Of a DNA stretch of 64,000 bases, positions 26,566-36,410 are shown piece after piece. Source of the DNA: Lachnospiraceae bacterium (GTDB lineage Bacteria > Bacillota > Clostridia > Lachnospirales > Lachnospiraceae); assembly GCA_045631045.1 (NCBI GenBank), contig JAZQUB010000011.1:1214-65213 (forward strand), given 5' to 3'. The notes under the pieces were generated by a model. The model saw only the letters and a list, made by a program, of their open reading frames with translations. It was not told the DNA's origin and made no database searches. Every line of letters starts with the position of its first letter. The stretch's first letter is position 1. The position numbers and the translations under genes were made by a program.

Positions 26566-27849
26566 TTAATCCATACTTTTCTTGTCCTTCCTTGCCGGGT
26601 TATCCAACAGTTTCCCCTGCTCATCGAATCTGGAACCATGGCAAGGACAATCCCAGCTATTTTCATCCGGATTCCACTCCAAACCACATCCCATATGGGA
26701 ACATCGAAGTCCCTTCGGCCCAAGCCATCCCTTGGCAAGTCCTTTTATACTTTCTCCTACGTCATGCAAATAGTTTGCCGTTCCTGCACGAAAGTTCAAG
26801 CGCTGCGGACGATATAACGCCGCAAAGGCATTTTCTTTTCCGCAAATTTTATCCCGAAGTATCATTGCTGCCACCATGGACATACTCATGCCCCACTTTT
26901 GAAACCCGGTTGCCACATATAAGTTAGGTGTAAAAAGAGAATATTTTCCTATAAAAGGAATACCATCATGAGGCATACAATCCTGAGCTGCCCAGCGAGA
27001 CTCCACCTTGCAATCCGGATAATACTCCCTTGCCGCCTGTTCCAATCTGGTAAATGCTCCGCCGCATACATGCTCACCTGTCCTGCCCGACTCTCCTCCT
27101 AAAAGCAACTGTTCACCAGCTTGTCGAAATGAATGCCCATCTCCATCGATTCCATAATACATACCATTTATTTTTTCACATTTCGAAAGCTCCAACACGA
27201 AGCTCCGCTCCTGATGCTGACGCAAAAAATAAAACCCCGGCACATTTCGCATAGGGTAATGGGTCGCCATCACAATATGATCTGCGGTATACACCTTATC
27301 CTTTGTAAATACCTTTTTTCCTCGCACTTTTTCCACCATGGTGTGCTCTAGAATTTCCAACTCATCTGCAATATATTTTACAAAATCCGTTGCACAAAAC
27401 TGCGCCTGATTGCGAAATCCCACAGCCCCGGACACAGCAAAAGGAAGCTCCGTTTCCTTTGTCCAAAAAGCATCGATACCAAGAAATGTGGCCGCCTTCA
27501 ACTCTTCTTTCAGCTTCGTTTCTTCTATATTCGAATATAAATAAGAAGTCACCCTTTCAAACCGACAATCTATATTTTTTGTTTGAACAAGTCTGGCATA
27601 TGCTTCTATGGCAGCTTCATTTGCCCTGGCATATATTCTGGCCTTTTTTTCACCAATATTCTTCAAAAGCTTGCTGTATTTTAATCCATGCTGACTGGTG
27701 ATTTTAGCGGTGGTTCGTCCGGTCTGTCCAGAGCCCACTTCCTTTGCCTCCAGCACCAGTACATCTTTTCCTTCTTCTTTTAAAAAATATGCAGTCAAAA
27801 GACCTGCCATGCCGGCACCAATGACAATCACTTCTCGATGTGTTTTCAT
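26566..27849 (-). CDS. FAD-dependent oxidoreductase with C-terminal Rieske [2Fe-2S] domain (YhfW-like)
   Basis: VIVIGAGMAGLLTAYFL dinucleotide fold; C-terminal CSHMGC...CPCHGSRF Rieske motif. Confidence 0.85.
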   Translation of the reverse strand: MKTHREVIVIGAGMAGLLTAYFLKEEGKDVLVLEAKEVGSGQTGRTTAKITSQHGLKYSKLLKNIGEKKARIYARANEAAIEAYARLVQTKNIDCRFERVTSYLYSNIEETKLKEELKAATFLGIDAFWTKETELPFAVSGAVGFRNQAQFCATDFVKYIADELEILEHTMVEKVRGKKVFTKDKVYTADHIVMATHYPMRNVPGFYFLRQHQERSFVLELSKCEKINGMYYGIDGDGHSFRQAGEQLLLGGESGRTGEHVCGGAFTRLEQAAREYYPDCKVESRWAAQDCMPHDGIPFIGKYSLFTPNLYVATGFQKWGMSMSMVAAMILRDKICGKENAFAALYRPQRLNFRAGTANYLHDVGESIKGLAKGWLGPKGLRCSHMGCGLEWNPDENSWDCPCHGSRFDEQGKLLDNPARKDKKSMD

Positions 27850-27994
27850 AATTATCCCCTATTCTATTTTCCAAATCTTTGAGGATAGTATGTTACATAA
27901 TTTGTCTCTTCATGCAAATACTATTTTCAAATATACTTGTATAGATTTTGTAAGGCAACATTCTATATAAACCAATTCAAAAAGGAGACCAACT

Positions 27995-28198
27995 ATGAAA
28001 AACGAAATGCCAGGTACCAAGGAGTTTGCAAACTACAATACCGAATACGACTATTTACAGTCTGCTTCTACACAGGACTGCACCGGTCTGATACCGATTG
28101 CACCGGCAACAGAGGCAGAACGAATTAACAACGAAGAACTTTATCCAATTTTACCACAACTTGCACTGAAAAGCGCGCTGAATCAAGTGGAGGACTAA
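27995..28198 (+). CDS. Small hypothetical protein (67 aa)
   Basis: AAGGAG RBS 7 nt upstream of the ATG. Followed by a hairpin (GGAGGA-CTAAGT-TCCTCC) and a T-run at about 28187-28220. No family recognised. Confidence 0.5.
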   Translation: MKNEMPGTKEFANYNTEYDYLQSASTQDCTGLIPIAPATEAERINNEELYPILPQLALKSALNQVED

Positions 28199-28307
28199 GT
28201 TCCTCCATTTTTATTTTTTACTCAAGCTTACATCCATTGCCAAATTTCTCTAAATGTGCTACTGTTTTAAATAGATTTGAAAAATTTTCAACTATGGAGC
28301 GAACATT

Positions 28308-29132
28308 ATGAGTCAAACCACAAAAATGATTTTTCTGGATTTAGACGGGACCTTGATGGATGACGCAAAACACATTCCCGAATATAATATGTCCGCAATT
28401 CAAGACGCCTTAACACAAGGACACAAAGTAATTATTTGTACCGGACGTCCTTTATGCAGTGCCAAAAAACTGTTCCCTGCATTGAACATGGAACAAAAAG
28501 GCTGCTATGCCATTACATTTAATGGGGGATTGATTTACGACATTTTCCATGAAGAAATACTTTTTAAACAGACCATGCCATTAGAGTATGTACGATATAT
28601 TTTTGAAAAGGCAGAAGAACATAGAATGTATATGCAGACTTATTCCGAAGACGCCATTCTGTGCCAGATTGATATGAAAGAAGGACAAGACTATTCTAAA
28701 CGTCTGAAAATAGAGCGTGAGATTGTACCGGATGTATTTGAAGTTCTGGGAGAAGAAGAGCCTTGCAAGACTTTGGCTATTGCAAACGGATATAACCACC
28801 AGCTTTTGGAGAATTTTCGTGAAATTTTTACAGACTGGGCACCCGGAAAGGTAGATATTTTCTTCTCTTGCTATGAATATCTGGAATTTGTTCCTGTGGG
28901 TATAAGCAAAGGAGCTGCCGTACGTTTCCTTGCCGAGTACCTGAATATACCTATTGAAAACACGATTGCTGTTGGCGATGCCGAAAATGACATTCCTATG
29001 CTCGAGGCCGCCGGCTTGGGTGTTGCCATGAAAAATGCCTCCGATGATATCAAGCAGCATGCAGATTATATAACCAAACTAGACAATAATGAGGGCGGCG
29101 TAGGTGAAGTTATCCGCAAGTTTATGCTGTAA
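28308..29132 (+). CDS. Cof-type HAD-IIB family hydrolase
   Basis: MIFLDLDGTL (DxDGT), ICTGRP and GDAENDIPM motifs. Confidence 0.88.
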   Translation: MSQTTKMIFLDLDGTLMDDAKHIPEYNMSAIQDALTQGHKVIICTGRPLCSAKKLFPALNMEQKGCYAITFNGGLIYDIFHEEILFKQTMPLEYVRYIFEKAEEHRMYMQTYSEDAILCQIDMKEGQDYSKRLKIEREIVPDVFEVLGEEEPCKTLAIANGYNHQLLENFREIFTDWAPGKVDIFFSCYEYLEFVPVGISKGAAVRFLAEYLNIPIENTIAVGDAENDIPMLEAAGLGVAMKNASDDIKQHADYITKLDNNEGGVGEVIRKFML

Positions 29133-29178
29133 ACGGACATACTAATGATTGTTTAACACATAAAAGAAACAGAGAGGT

Positions 29179-30150
29179 TTGCATAATATGTTTTCCGGTA
29201 TTTTAATTGCTGTACTTCTTTTGGCAGTGCTCGTTTTACTAATATCCTATATTTGCTTTCGTATGGTATTTTATGTTCCATCCAAAAAAGAAGATACTTC
29301 CGATGTCCTTCCGGTTCCTGAAGGCGAAATCTATGAACCATATCATCCTCAGATGAAGCAGTGGATTTTAGAAGCCCGTGCTTTAGAAAGTGAAGACTTT
29401 TATATAAAATCATTTGATGGACTGACACTTCATGCCAAATATTTTGAATACGCAAAAGGGGCCGTTACAGAAATTATGTTCCACGGCTATCGCGGCAGTG
29501 CAGAGCGTGATTTAAGCGGTGGTGTCCAGCGTTGCTTTGCCCTCGGACGCAATATTCTTCTTGTGGACCAGCGTACCAGCTGCGGCAGCGAAGGCAATGT
29601 CATTACCTTTGGTGTCAACGAGCACAAAGATTGCCTTGCCTGGGTGGATTTTGCAGTGAAACAATTCGGTCCGGATGTGAAGCTTGTCCTCACCGGTATT
29701 TCCATGGGAGCTTCTACCGTGCTGATGGCTGCCGGAAAGGAACTTCCTCCAAATGTAGTTGGAGTTTTGGCTGACTGTGGTTTTTCCTCCGCCAAAAAAA
29801 TTATAAAAAAATGTGCCGGAGACATACATGTTCCGGCTAATTTGATTTATCCATTTATTAAATTAGGCGCAAAGCTTTTCGGACACTTCGACTTAGAGGA
29901 ATATACCCCTTTGGAAGCTATGAAAACCTGCAAAGTTCCGATTATTTTCTTCCATGGCGAAACGGACGACTTTGTCCCTTGCGACATGAGCCGTGAACTG
30001 TACCAGGCATGCCAATCACCAAAACGACTGGTTACCATTCCCGATGCAGGCCACGGACTTGTATATGTCGTGGATAATGACGGCTATTTTAAGGCAGTAT
30101 GCGAATTTTTTACAGAAAATGGAGTAGAGACGAGGGTAAAATCATGTTAA
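29179..30150 (+). CDS. Membrane-anchored alpha/beta hydrolase
   Basis: N-terminal TM; nucleophile elbow GISMGA; FFHGETDDFV and the His in DAGHG. Confidence 0.8.
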   Translation: MHNMFSGILIAVLLLAVLVLLISYICFRMVFYVPSKKEDTSDVLPVPEGEIYEPYHPQMKQWILEARALESEDFYIKSFDGLTLHAKYFEYAKGAVTEIMFHGYRGSAERDLSGGVQRCFALGRNILLVDQRTSCGSEGNVITFGVNEHKDCLAWVDFAVKQFGPDVKLVLTGISMGASTVLMAAGKELPPNVVGVLADCGFSSAKKIIKKCAGDIHVPANLIYPFIKLGAKLFGHFDLEEYTPLEAMKTCKVPIIFFHGETDDFVPCDMSRELYQACQSPKRLVTIPDAGHGLVYVVDNDGYFKAVCEFFTENGVETRVKSC

Positions 30151-31868
30151 AGTATCTAAAAAAATATTGGTTTTTCTGTATCCTGGCACCGCTTTGTATG
30201 GTGGGCGAGGTAGCTATGGATTTAATTCAGCCGGATATGATGGCTGACATCGTAGATAACGGTGTTTTAAAAGGAGATATTTCGCTAATTATCTCCGTTG
30301 GTGTGAAGATGATTCTGACGGTTATTTTAGGCGGTCTCAGCGGTATCTTGTGCGGAGCTTTTGCAAATGTTGTAACACAAGGCTTTGCAAATGATCTTCG
30401 AAAAGATTTATTCAAAAAAATTATGAATTTATCTTTTGAACAGACTGATAAGATTTCTACCGGTTCGCTGGTTACACGTCTTACAAGTGACGTTATCTTT
30501 GTACAGCGTATGGTTATGATGTCTATGAGAGGGTTCGTGCGTAACTCCGTCATGTTTGTGGGTGGTATTTTTATGTTATATCGCCAGTCACCCAAATTTG
30601 CACTGATTGCTGCATGCGGTCTTCCATTTGTTTTGTTTTTTATTGTATTCTTCCTTAAGAAAGCAGCACCTCTTTTTTCTATTGTTCAGAAACGACTGGA
30701 TGGTATCAACAACATTATGCAGGAAACCGTTGCGGGAGCCAGAGTTGTAAAGGCATATGTACGGGAAGATTACGAACTGGAACGATTTGATAATGCCAAC
30801 GAATCTTTATGTGCACAAAATTTAAGAGTACAATCCTTACTTGCTTTCATGAGCCCTTGCATGAATATTGTACTTAATATCTGTATTGTTGCAGTTATTT
30901 TGGTAGGTGGTTTCGAAGTGAAGACCGGCGGCTCTATTACTCCCGGTAATACGATGGCTGCAATTACATATCTTGCACAGATTCTTCATGGAATCACCTT
31001 TATGGCAAATATATTCCAAACCTTCAGCAGGGCCAAAGCTTCCGCTGACCGTATTAACGAAGTGTTACGTATGCCGGATGTGATTGTGGATGGTGAAAGT
31101 GACAAGGAACCAAAAGAGCATGGGACTATCGAATTTAAAAATGTCAGCTTTTCTTATCCGGAAAGCAGCGGGCATTGCGTGTTAGAAAACATTTCCTTCA
31201 AGGTAAATTCCGGAGAAACATTAGCTATTATCGGTGCAACCGGAAGTGGTAAGAGTTCTCTTGTGAATTTAATTCCAAGATTCTATGATGCCACAAACGG
31301 AGAAGTTTTTATTGATGGTATGAACGTCAAAGAATACGAGTTGAAGGCGCTACGCGAAAAGATTGCAATCGTACTTCAGAAGGCAGAGCTTTATTCCAGA
31401 AGCATTGAAGAAAATATCAGTTGGTCCAAAAAAGGTGCAACACCAATAGAAATCAAAAAAGCTGCACAGATTGCACAGGCAGATGATTTCATTTGTAATA
31501 CAACCTATGGTTATTACACATTGGTTACAGAGGGCGGTCATTCTCTCTCCGGCGGACAAAAACAAAGAATTTCTATTTCCAGAGCCTTATTAAAAGAACA
31601 CGAAATCCTTATTTTTGATGATTCTACAAGCGCACTGGATTTAAAAACCGAAGCAAAATTATATCAGGCATTAGAAGCAGAATGTCCGGATATGACCAAG
31701 ATTATTATTGCACAAAGAATTGCTTCTATTAAAGGAGCGGACCGCATCATGGTGTTGGATAACGGGGGAATCTCTGCAATTGGTATCCATGCGGAATTAA
31801 TGCAGATTTCAAAAATTTATCAAGATATTTATAGATCACAGTTAAAGGAAGGAGAACAAATTTCATGA
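30144..31868 (+). CDS. ABC exporter permease/ATPase, subunit with degenerate catalytic residues
   Basis: 6 TM plus NBD. Walker A GATGSGKSS, signature LSGGQKQR, Walker B ILIFDD (Asp replaces the catalytic Glu), switch AQR (Gln replaces His). ATG 30144 overlaps the upstream stop (ATGTTAA). Confidence 0.88.
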   Translation: MLKYLKKYWFFCILAPLCMVGEVAMDLIQPDMMADIVDNGVLKGDISLIISVGVKMILTVILGGLSGILCGAFANVVTQGFANDLRKDLFKKIMNLSFEQTDKISTGSLVTRLTSDVIFVQRMVMMSMRGFVRNSVMFVGGIFMLYRQSPKFALIAACGLPFVLFFIVFFLKKAAPLFSIVQKRLDGINNIMQETVAGARVVKAYVREDYELERFDNANESLCAQNLRVQSLLAFMSPCMNIVLNICIVAVILVGGFEVKTGGSITPGNTMAAITYLAQILHGITFMANIFQTFSRAKASADRINEVLRMPDVIVDGESDKEPKEHGTIEFKNVSFSYPESSGHCVLENISFKVNSGETLAIIGATGSGKSSLVNLIPRFYDATNGEVFIDGMNVKEYELKALREKIAIVLQKAELYSRSIEENISWSKKGATPIEIKKAAQIAQADDFICNTTYGYYTLVTEGGHSLSGGQKQRISISRALLKEHEILIFDDSTSALDLKTEAKLYQALEAECPDMTKIIIAQRIASIKGADRIMVLDNGGISAIGIHAELMQISKIYQDIYRSQLKEGEQIS

Positions 31869-33772
31869 CAGAACTACATAACCTTCCGGAAGGATTTCAA
31901 AATAAACCAGACGGTCATGGCCCGTTATTTAAAGCAGAAACACAAAGCGTGAGCAAGAATGCTGCACCCACCGTAAGCTTCCGCATGAGACCGGGTGGCG
32001 GAGGCCCCGGAAGAGGCTTAGGACAATCAGCAGAACATGCTGAAAATGTAAAAAGCACACTGTTACGAATGCTTCAATATTTCCAAAAGGAAAGCAAGCT
32101 CTTAATATTATTAATGGCTTCCGTAATCTGCGTAACATTGGCCGGATTACTTGCTCCGTCTTTACAGGGTAAAGCCATTGATTCACTCAAGGATAAAACT
32201 TGGGAAACCTTGTATTCCTGTGTTGTGGCATTATTAGCTGTTTACGCGGTCAATGTTTTGTCTACCTTAGGGCAATCCTTGATGGCAGCGCGCCTTAGCC
32301 AAAATATTGTAAAAAAAATGCGCCACGATTTATTTAAAAAAATCGATTATTTGTCTATCAAATACCTGGATACCCATTCAAATGGGGACATTATGAGCCG
32401 TATGACAAATGACGTAGAAAACGTATCCACTACCATTTCACAAAGTTTAGGTTCGTTAGTATCCGGAGTACTGACCATTATCGGCACGGTAACCATTATG
32501 TTTGCATATTGCTGGCAGCTAACGCTTATTACCATGACAAGCGTTATTCTCACCGTAGTGATTACCAAGAAATTGTCTAAGCTTATGAGAACCATATATC
32601 GTAAGCGCTCACAACTTTTGGGACAGCTAAATGGTCATTCGGAAGAAATGATTACCGGATACAAGTCCATTGTTGCTTATAACAAACAAAACGATGTGAT
32701 TGAGGAATTTGACAAGACATCCGATGAACTTACCGTAGTAGCTATCAAAGCAGAAATGTTGGCTGGTTCCATGGGACCTATTATGAACTGTATTTCCAAT
32801 ATCAGCTTCGTAATCGTTGCAGCGTTTGGTGGATATTTTGCTTATACAGGCCTCATTACCATTGGTATCGTATCTGCCTTCATCATTTATGCAAAGCAGT
32901 TTTCCAGACCAATCAATGAAATTGCTCAATTATACGGAACCATCCAGACTGCGATTGCAGGTGCGGAACGTGTATTTGCACTGTTAGACCAGCCGGACGA
33001 GGATAATTCCGGCAGTTTGGAACCGGAAAATATTACCGGAAAAATTTCTTTCCGTAATGTAAACTTCTCTTACGTACCGGACAAACAAGTTTTATATGAT
33101 TTTGATTTAGAAGTTGAACCGGGACAGAAAATTGCACTGGTAGGTTCCACCGGAAGCGGTAAGACAACTGTTGTAAATCTTCTGATGCGTTTCTACCCCG
33201 TTGATAGCGGCGAAATCCTGGTGGATGGTGTCAATATTATGGACATGAAACGAAGCTTTTTAAGAGATAATATCGCTATTGTTTTGCAAGATACCGTTCT
33301 CTTTTCCAATACCATTGAGAATAATATCAAATATGCCAATTTGAACGCTACAGATAAGGAAATGGTGGATGCAGCCTCCTTAAGTAACATCCGCGGTTAC
33401 ATCGAAAGACTTCCTGAGAAGTATCAGACATTCTTAAAGCAAGCAGGCGCAGGCCTTTCTCATGGACAGAGACAGTTGATGTCTATTGCAAGAGCGGTAT
33501 TGGCTGATCCAAAGATACTGATTCTGGACGAAGCAACCTCTTCTGTAGATACCCGAACAGAAAAGAAAATCCAAGACGCTATGGTGAAGCTTATGAAAAA
33601 CCGAACAAGCCTTATCATCGCTCACCGCTTATCAACCATTCGCGACGCAGACAAGATTGTTGTTATGGACCAGGGAAGAGTCGTGGAAATCGGAAACCAC
33701 GAAGAACTCCTTGAAAAGCAAGGAAAATACTACGATCTTTATATGACACAGTTTGCAGGAAATAGTATTTAG
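31865..33772 (+). CDS. ABC exporter permease/ATPase, consensus-ATPase subunit
   Basis: Walker A GSTGSGKTT, Walker B ILILDEATS, switch AHR, but an atypical signature LSHGQRQ. Overlaps the upstream gene by 4 nt. Confidence 0.88.
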   Translation: MTELHNLPEGFQNKPDGHGPLFKAETQSVSKNAAPTVSFRMRPGGGGPGRGLGQSAEHAENVKSTLLRMLQYFQKESKLLILLMASVICVTLAGLLAPSLQGKAIDSLKDKTWETLYSCVVALLAVYAVNVLSTLGQSLMAARLSQNIVKKMRHDLFKKIDYLSIKYLDTHSNGDIMSRMTNDVENVSTTISQSLGSLVSGVLTIIGTVTIMFAYCWQLTLITMTSVILTVVITKKLSKLMRTIYRKRSQLLGQLNGHSEEMITGYKSIVAYNKQNDVIEEFDKTSDELTVVAIKAEMLAGSMGPIMNCISNISFVIVAAFGGYFAYTGLITIGIVSAFIIYAKQFSRPINEIAQLYGTIQTAIAGAERVFALLDQPDEDNSGSLEPENITGKISFRNVNFSYVPDKQVLYDFDLEVEPGQKIALVGSTGSGKTTVVNLLMRFYPVDSGEILVDGVNIMDMKRSFLRDNIAIVLQDTVLFSNTIENNIKYANLNATDKEMVDAASLSNIRGYIERLPEKYQTFLKQAGAGLSHGQRQLMSIARAVLADPKILILDEATSSVDTRTEKKIQDAMVKLMKNRTSLIIAHRLSTIRDADKIVVMDQGRVVEIGNHEELLEKQGKYYDLYMTQFAGNSI

Positions 33773-33780
33773 ACAGAAAG

Positions 33781-33830
33781 AACCTCCTGCTCTCTACACA
33801 AAATGTAGAAAGTAGGAGGGTTTTACTTTT
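33781..33830. terminator. Convergent hairpin terminator between the ABC exporter and rlmD
   Basis: CCTCCTGCTCTCTACA-loop-TGTAGAAAGTAGGAGG followed by GTTTTACTTTT. Confidence 0.65.
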
Positions 33831-35384
33831 CTAAATATGTTCATTTATCTTTTGTAGTAATGTGACCGTCTCCACATGCACCGTCATCCCAAACTGGTCC
33901 ACAGCCCTCCACTTTTTCAGCTCATATCCGCCTTCTCTGAGATACTTCACATCCCTGGCCAATGTGGCACTATCACAGCTCACATACACAATCCTCTCCG
34001 GCTGCATTTTCAACATGGTGTCAAGGCACGCGGTGTCGCAGCCTTTGCGTGGTGGGTCCACGACAATCACATCCGGATGAAGCATGTCCGGTTTTAAGCC
34101 GGAAGAAGTCTTTATATTGTCCGCCAGATATGCACCACCAGCCTGCACCGCAGTCATCTTCTCATAAAATTCCGGCAGGACTTCCTCTGCTTTCCCCACA
34201 AAAAACTCTGCATTGGTGATGCCATTACGGCGCGCATTTGCTTTTGCGTCCTCAATGGCCTGTGGAATAATTTCCACGCCGTACACGTGCCCTGCTCGCT
34301 GTGACAGGAACAGAGAAATGGTTCCGATACCGCAGTATAAGTCCCAAACGGTCTCCTTTCCGGTAAGTCCAGCATAGTCCAGTGCAATACTATATAACTT
34401 CTCGGTCTGTCCCGGATTTACCTGATAGAAAGACAATGGAGAAATATGAAAATCTAACTTTTCACCGGTTCGCTCAAACTCTCGCCTGCAAGAATCATCG
34501 TTTCTCTTCCAATCTGCTGCCACATGACGAACGTATAAAGAATCCTCAATATATGGTTCTCCCCAAATAGTTACCACGTCATTCCCCATAATAACATTGT
34601 CGCGGCGTGTATTAAAATTAAGAGAAATACTGGTCATGCCCGGCACATCCTTCAGTGCTGCGATAAGTGCATCCGTGTGCAGTCTTGCCGCACCTTTTTT
34701 CTCCCAAGCTTCCCTCGTCATATTTACAATCACGCACACCATAATCTGCCCACTGGTAAAACCGGTACGAATCAAAATATGGCGCACCAAACCAGACCCC
34801 TCAGCTTCTTCGTAAGGTGCCACGCGTTCTTCCTTCATATAGTTAAGGATACGCTCTAAAATATCCTGATTTTCTTTTACCCCAAGATAACACTTGGTAT
34901 TGGCAATGATAGAATGGGTCCTGCCTGCATAAAAACCGGTAATAATTTCGCCGTTTTTGTCTCTGCCCACCGGATACTGTGCTTTATTGCGATAATGGAG
35001 TGGCTCTTCCATCCCCACCACCGGCTCCATAGTCTGCTGCAAAAGGGCATCTTCCACACCACCGATACGCAGCAAGTTGTTGTACACCTTCTGTTGCTTA
35101 AATGCAAGCTGACGCTCGTAGCTCATGGTCTGAAGCTGGCAGCCGCCACACGCTTTGTAATACGGACACACCGGCTCCACGCGGTCCGGTGAAGGAACAA
35201 GAATTTCCTCCAGGCGTGCATATCCATAAGTCTTCTTGGTCTTCATCACTTTGGCAGTCACTTTATCGCCCGGGATGGTATCCTTCACAAAAAAAGTAAA
35301 CCCATCTACCTTTCCAACGCCTTCGCCCTCATGGCTTACATCGGTAATTTCTAACGTAATTAATTGATTTTTTGTAAAACTCAT
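33831..35384 (-). CDS. rlmD: 23S rRNA (uracil-C5)-methyltransferase, RlmD/RumA family
   Basis: TRAM domain (ITDVSHEGEGVGKVDGF), Fe-S Cys cluster CPYYKACGGCQ, SAM motif DLYCGIGTI, DPPRKG, catalytic YVSCD. Start at MSFTKNQ (35384). Confidence 0.85.
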   Translation of the reverse strand: MSFTKNQLITLEITDVSHEGEGVGKVDGFTFFVKDTIPGDKVTAKVMKTKKTYGYARLEEILVPSPDRVEPVCPYYKACGGCQLQTMSYERQLAFKQQKVYNNLLRIGGVEDALLQQTMEPVVGMEEPLHYRNKAQYPVGRDKNGEIITGFYAGRTHSIIANTKCYLGVKENQDILERILNYMKEERVAPYEEAEGSGLVRHILIRTGFTSGQIMVCVIVNMTREAWEKKGAARLHTDALIAALKDVPGMTSISLNFNTRRDNVIMGNDVVTIWGEPYIEDSLYVRHVAADWKRNDDSCRREFERTGEKLDFHISPLSFYQVNPGQTEKLYSIALDYAGLTGKETVWDLYCGIGTISLFLSQRAGHVYGVEIIPQAIEDAKANARRNGITNAEFFVGKAEEVLPEFYEKMTAVQAGGAYLADNIKTSSGLKPDMLHPDVIVVDPPRKGCDTACLDTMLKMQPERIVYVSCDSATLARDVKYLREGGYELKKWRAVDQFGMTVHVETVTLLQKINEHI

Positions 35385-35441
35385 TTCGCTCCATCCAGCC
35401 GTCTTTCCACGCGGCTTCGTCTTATTATAAATCAAACTTGT

Positions 35442-36386
35442 TTAAAACTTTGTAGAATTTCTCACATTGGATTCCAATAGTCGATTATAGCCCATCCAGC
35501 CTTTTTCCGGACCAGCCTCCAAAATTTCGGTAAAGGTCTGGATTTTGGCATCGGTATCATCCGCATAGTTTAGCGCCAATGCCTCAATCAGTGCCGGCGT
35601 CTTTGGAGAACCATATTCCAGCTTGCCATGATGTGCCAAAATACAATGTCTCAACTCATTGCCAAGCACCTTAGGGAATCCATCAATGGCACGGATCTTC
35701 TCACCCACCATTTCCGCACCCATCACAATATGACCAAGCAGCTGACCTTCGTCGGTATAATCGTTTTCCGGAAAAGCAGAAAGCTCGCGGGCTTTACCAA
35801 TATCATGGCACATTGCCGCAGACAACAGCAGGTCACGTTTCAAAATCGGATATGCACTACAATAATAATCACAAAGCTTAGTCACACTCAACGTATGCTC
35901 TAACAAACCGCCCACAAACCCGTGGTGAATGCTCTTTGCTGCAGAAGAATTGCAAAATGCCTTTATAAATGCTTTATCTTCCACAAAAATACTCTGCATC
36001 AGCTTTTTTAAATATGGATTGCTCAGACTGTTAATGATGCCCTTTAACTCCGCATACATAGGCTCAATGCCTTTTTTACTCACCGGCAAATAGTCTGCCG
36101 GATTAAATTCTCCTTCTCGACAACGTCTTACACGCTTAACACTGACCTGCAGCGCCCCCTGAAAACTGGACACATCACCATACACTTCTACGTAGTCCAA
36201 TGCATCAAAGTCATCAATACCTGCATTGTTCGGCTCCCAGATTTTAGCGTCGATGCTCCCGGTTTTGTCCTGTAAAATCACACTATCATATAGCTTTCCG
36301 TTTTTGGTCACTGCGGACTGTTTGTGCTTACACAAATAAATGTCAAATACTCTGTCGCCATCTTTAAAATCTTTAATAAATTTCAT
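35442..36386 (-). CDS. yhaM: 3'-5' exoribonuclease YhaM (OB-fold + HD domain)
   Basis: 314 aa. N-terminal OB fold; HHGFVGGLLEHT and CHDIGK HD motifs. Confidence 0.85.
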   Translation of the reverse strand: MKFIKDFKDGDRVFDIYLCKHKQSAVTKNGKLYDSVILQDKTGSIDAKIWEPNNAGIDDFDALDYVEVYGDVSSFQGALQVSVKRVRRCREGEFNPADYLPVSKKGIEPMYAELKGIINSLSNPYLKKLMQSIFVEDKAFIKAFCNSSAAKSIHHGFVGGLLEHTLSVTKLCDYYCSAYPILKRDLLLSAAMCHDIGKARELSAFPENDYTDEGQLLGHIVMGAEMVGEKIRAIDGFPKVLGNELRHCILAHHGKLEYGSPKTPALIEALALNYADDTDAKIQTFTEILEAGPEKGWMGYNRLLESNVRNSTKF

Positions 36387-36410
36387 CTTATTCTTCTCTT
36401 TCTATTCTAA

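Noticed and set aside
26487-26738. N-terminal 84-aa extension of the cupin ORF, and similar 5' extensions of pyrK, plsC, the lipoprotein, rlmD, purC, the exonuclease, VanW and the first ABC exporter gene.
   Set aside because: The extensions overlap upstream genes or regulatory RNA and lack an RBS. Internal Met codons with good SD sequences coincide with the conserved N-termini of the families.
26058-27849. FAD/Rieske oxidoreductase plus cupin, considered as a novel two-gene system.
   Set aside because: Both are common stand-alone Firmicute genes (YhfW-like and small cupin) separated by 80 nt. There is no unusual fusion or motif loss and no basis for a specific functional claim.
33831-35384. 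Two insertions of about 25 aa in RlmD relative to the typical RumA length (around ...YVRHVAADWKRNDDSCRREFERTGEKLD... and ...QAGGAYLADNIKTSSGLKPDM...).
   Set aside because: The catalytic and SAM motifs are intact, and loop insertions in this family are common. Nothing suggests an intein or a mobile insertion.
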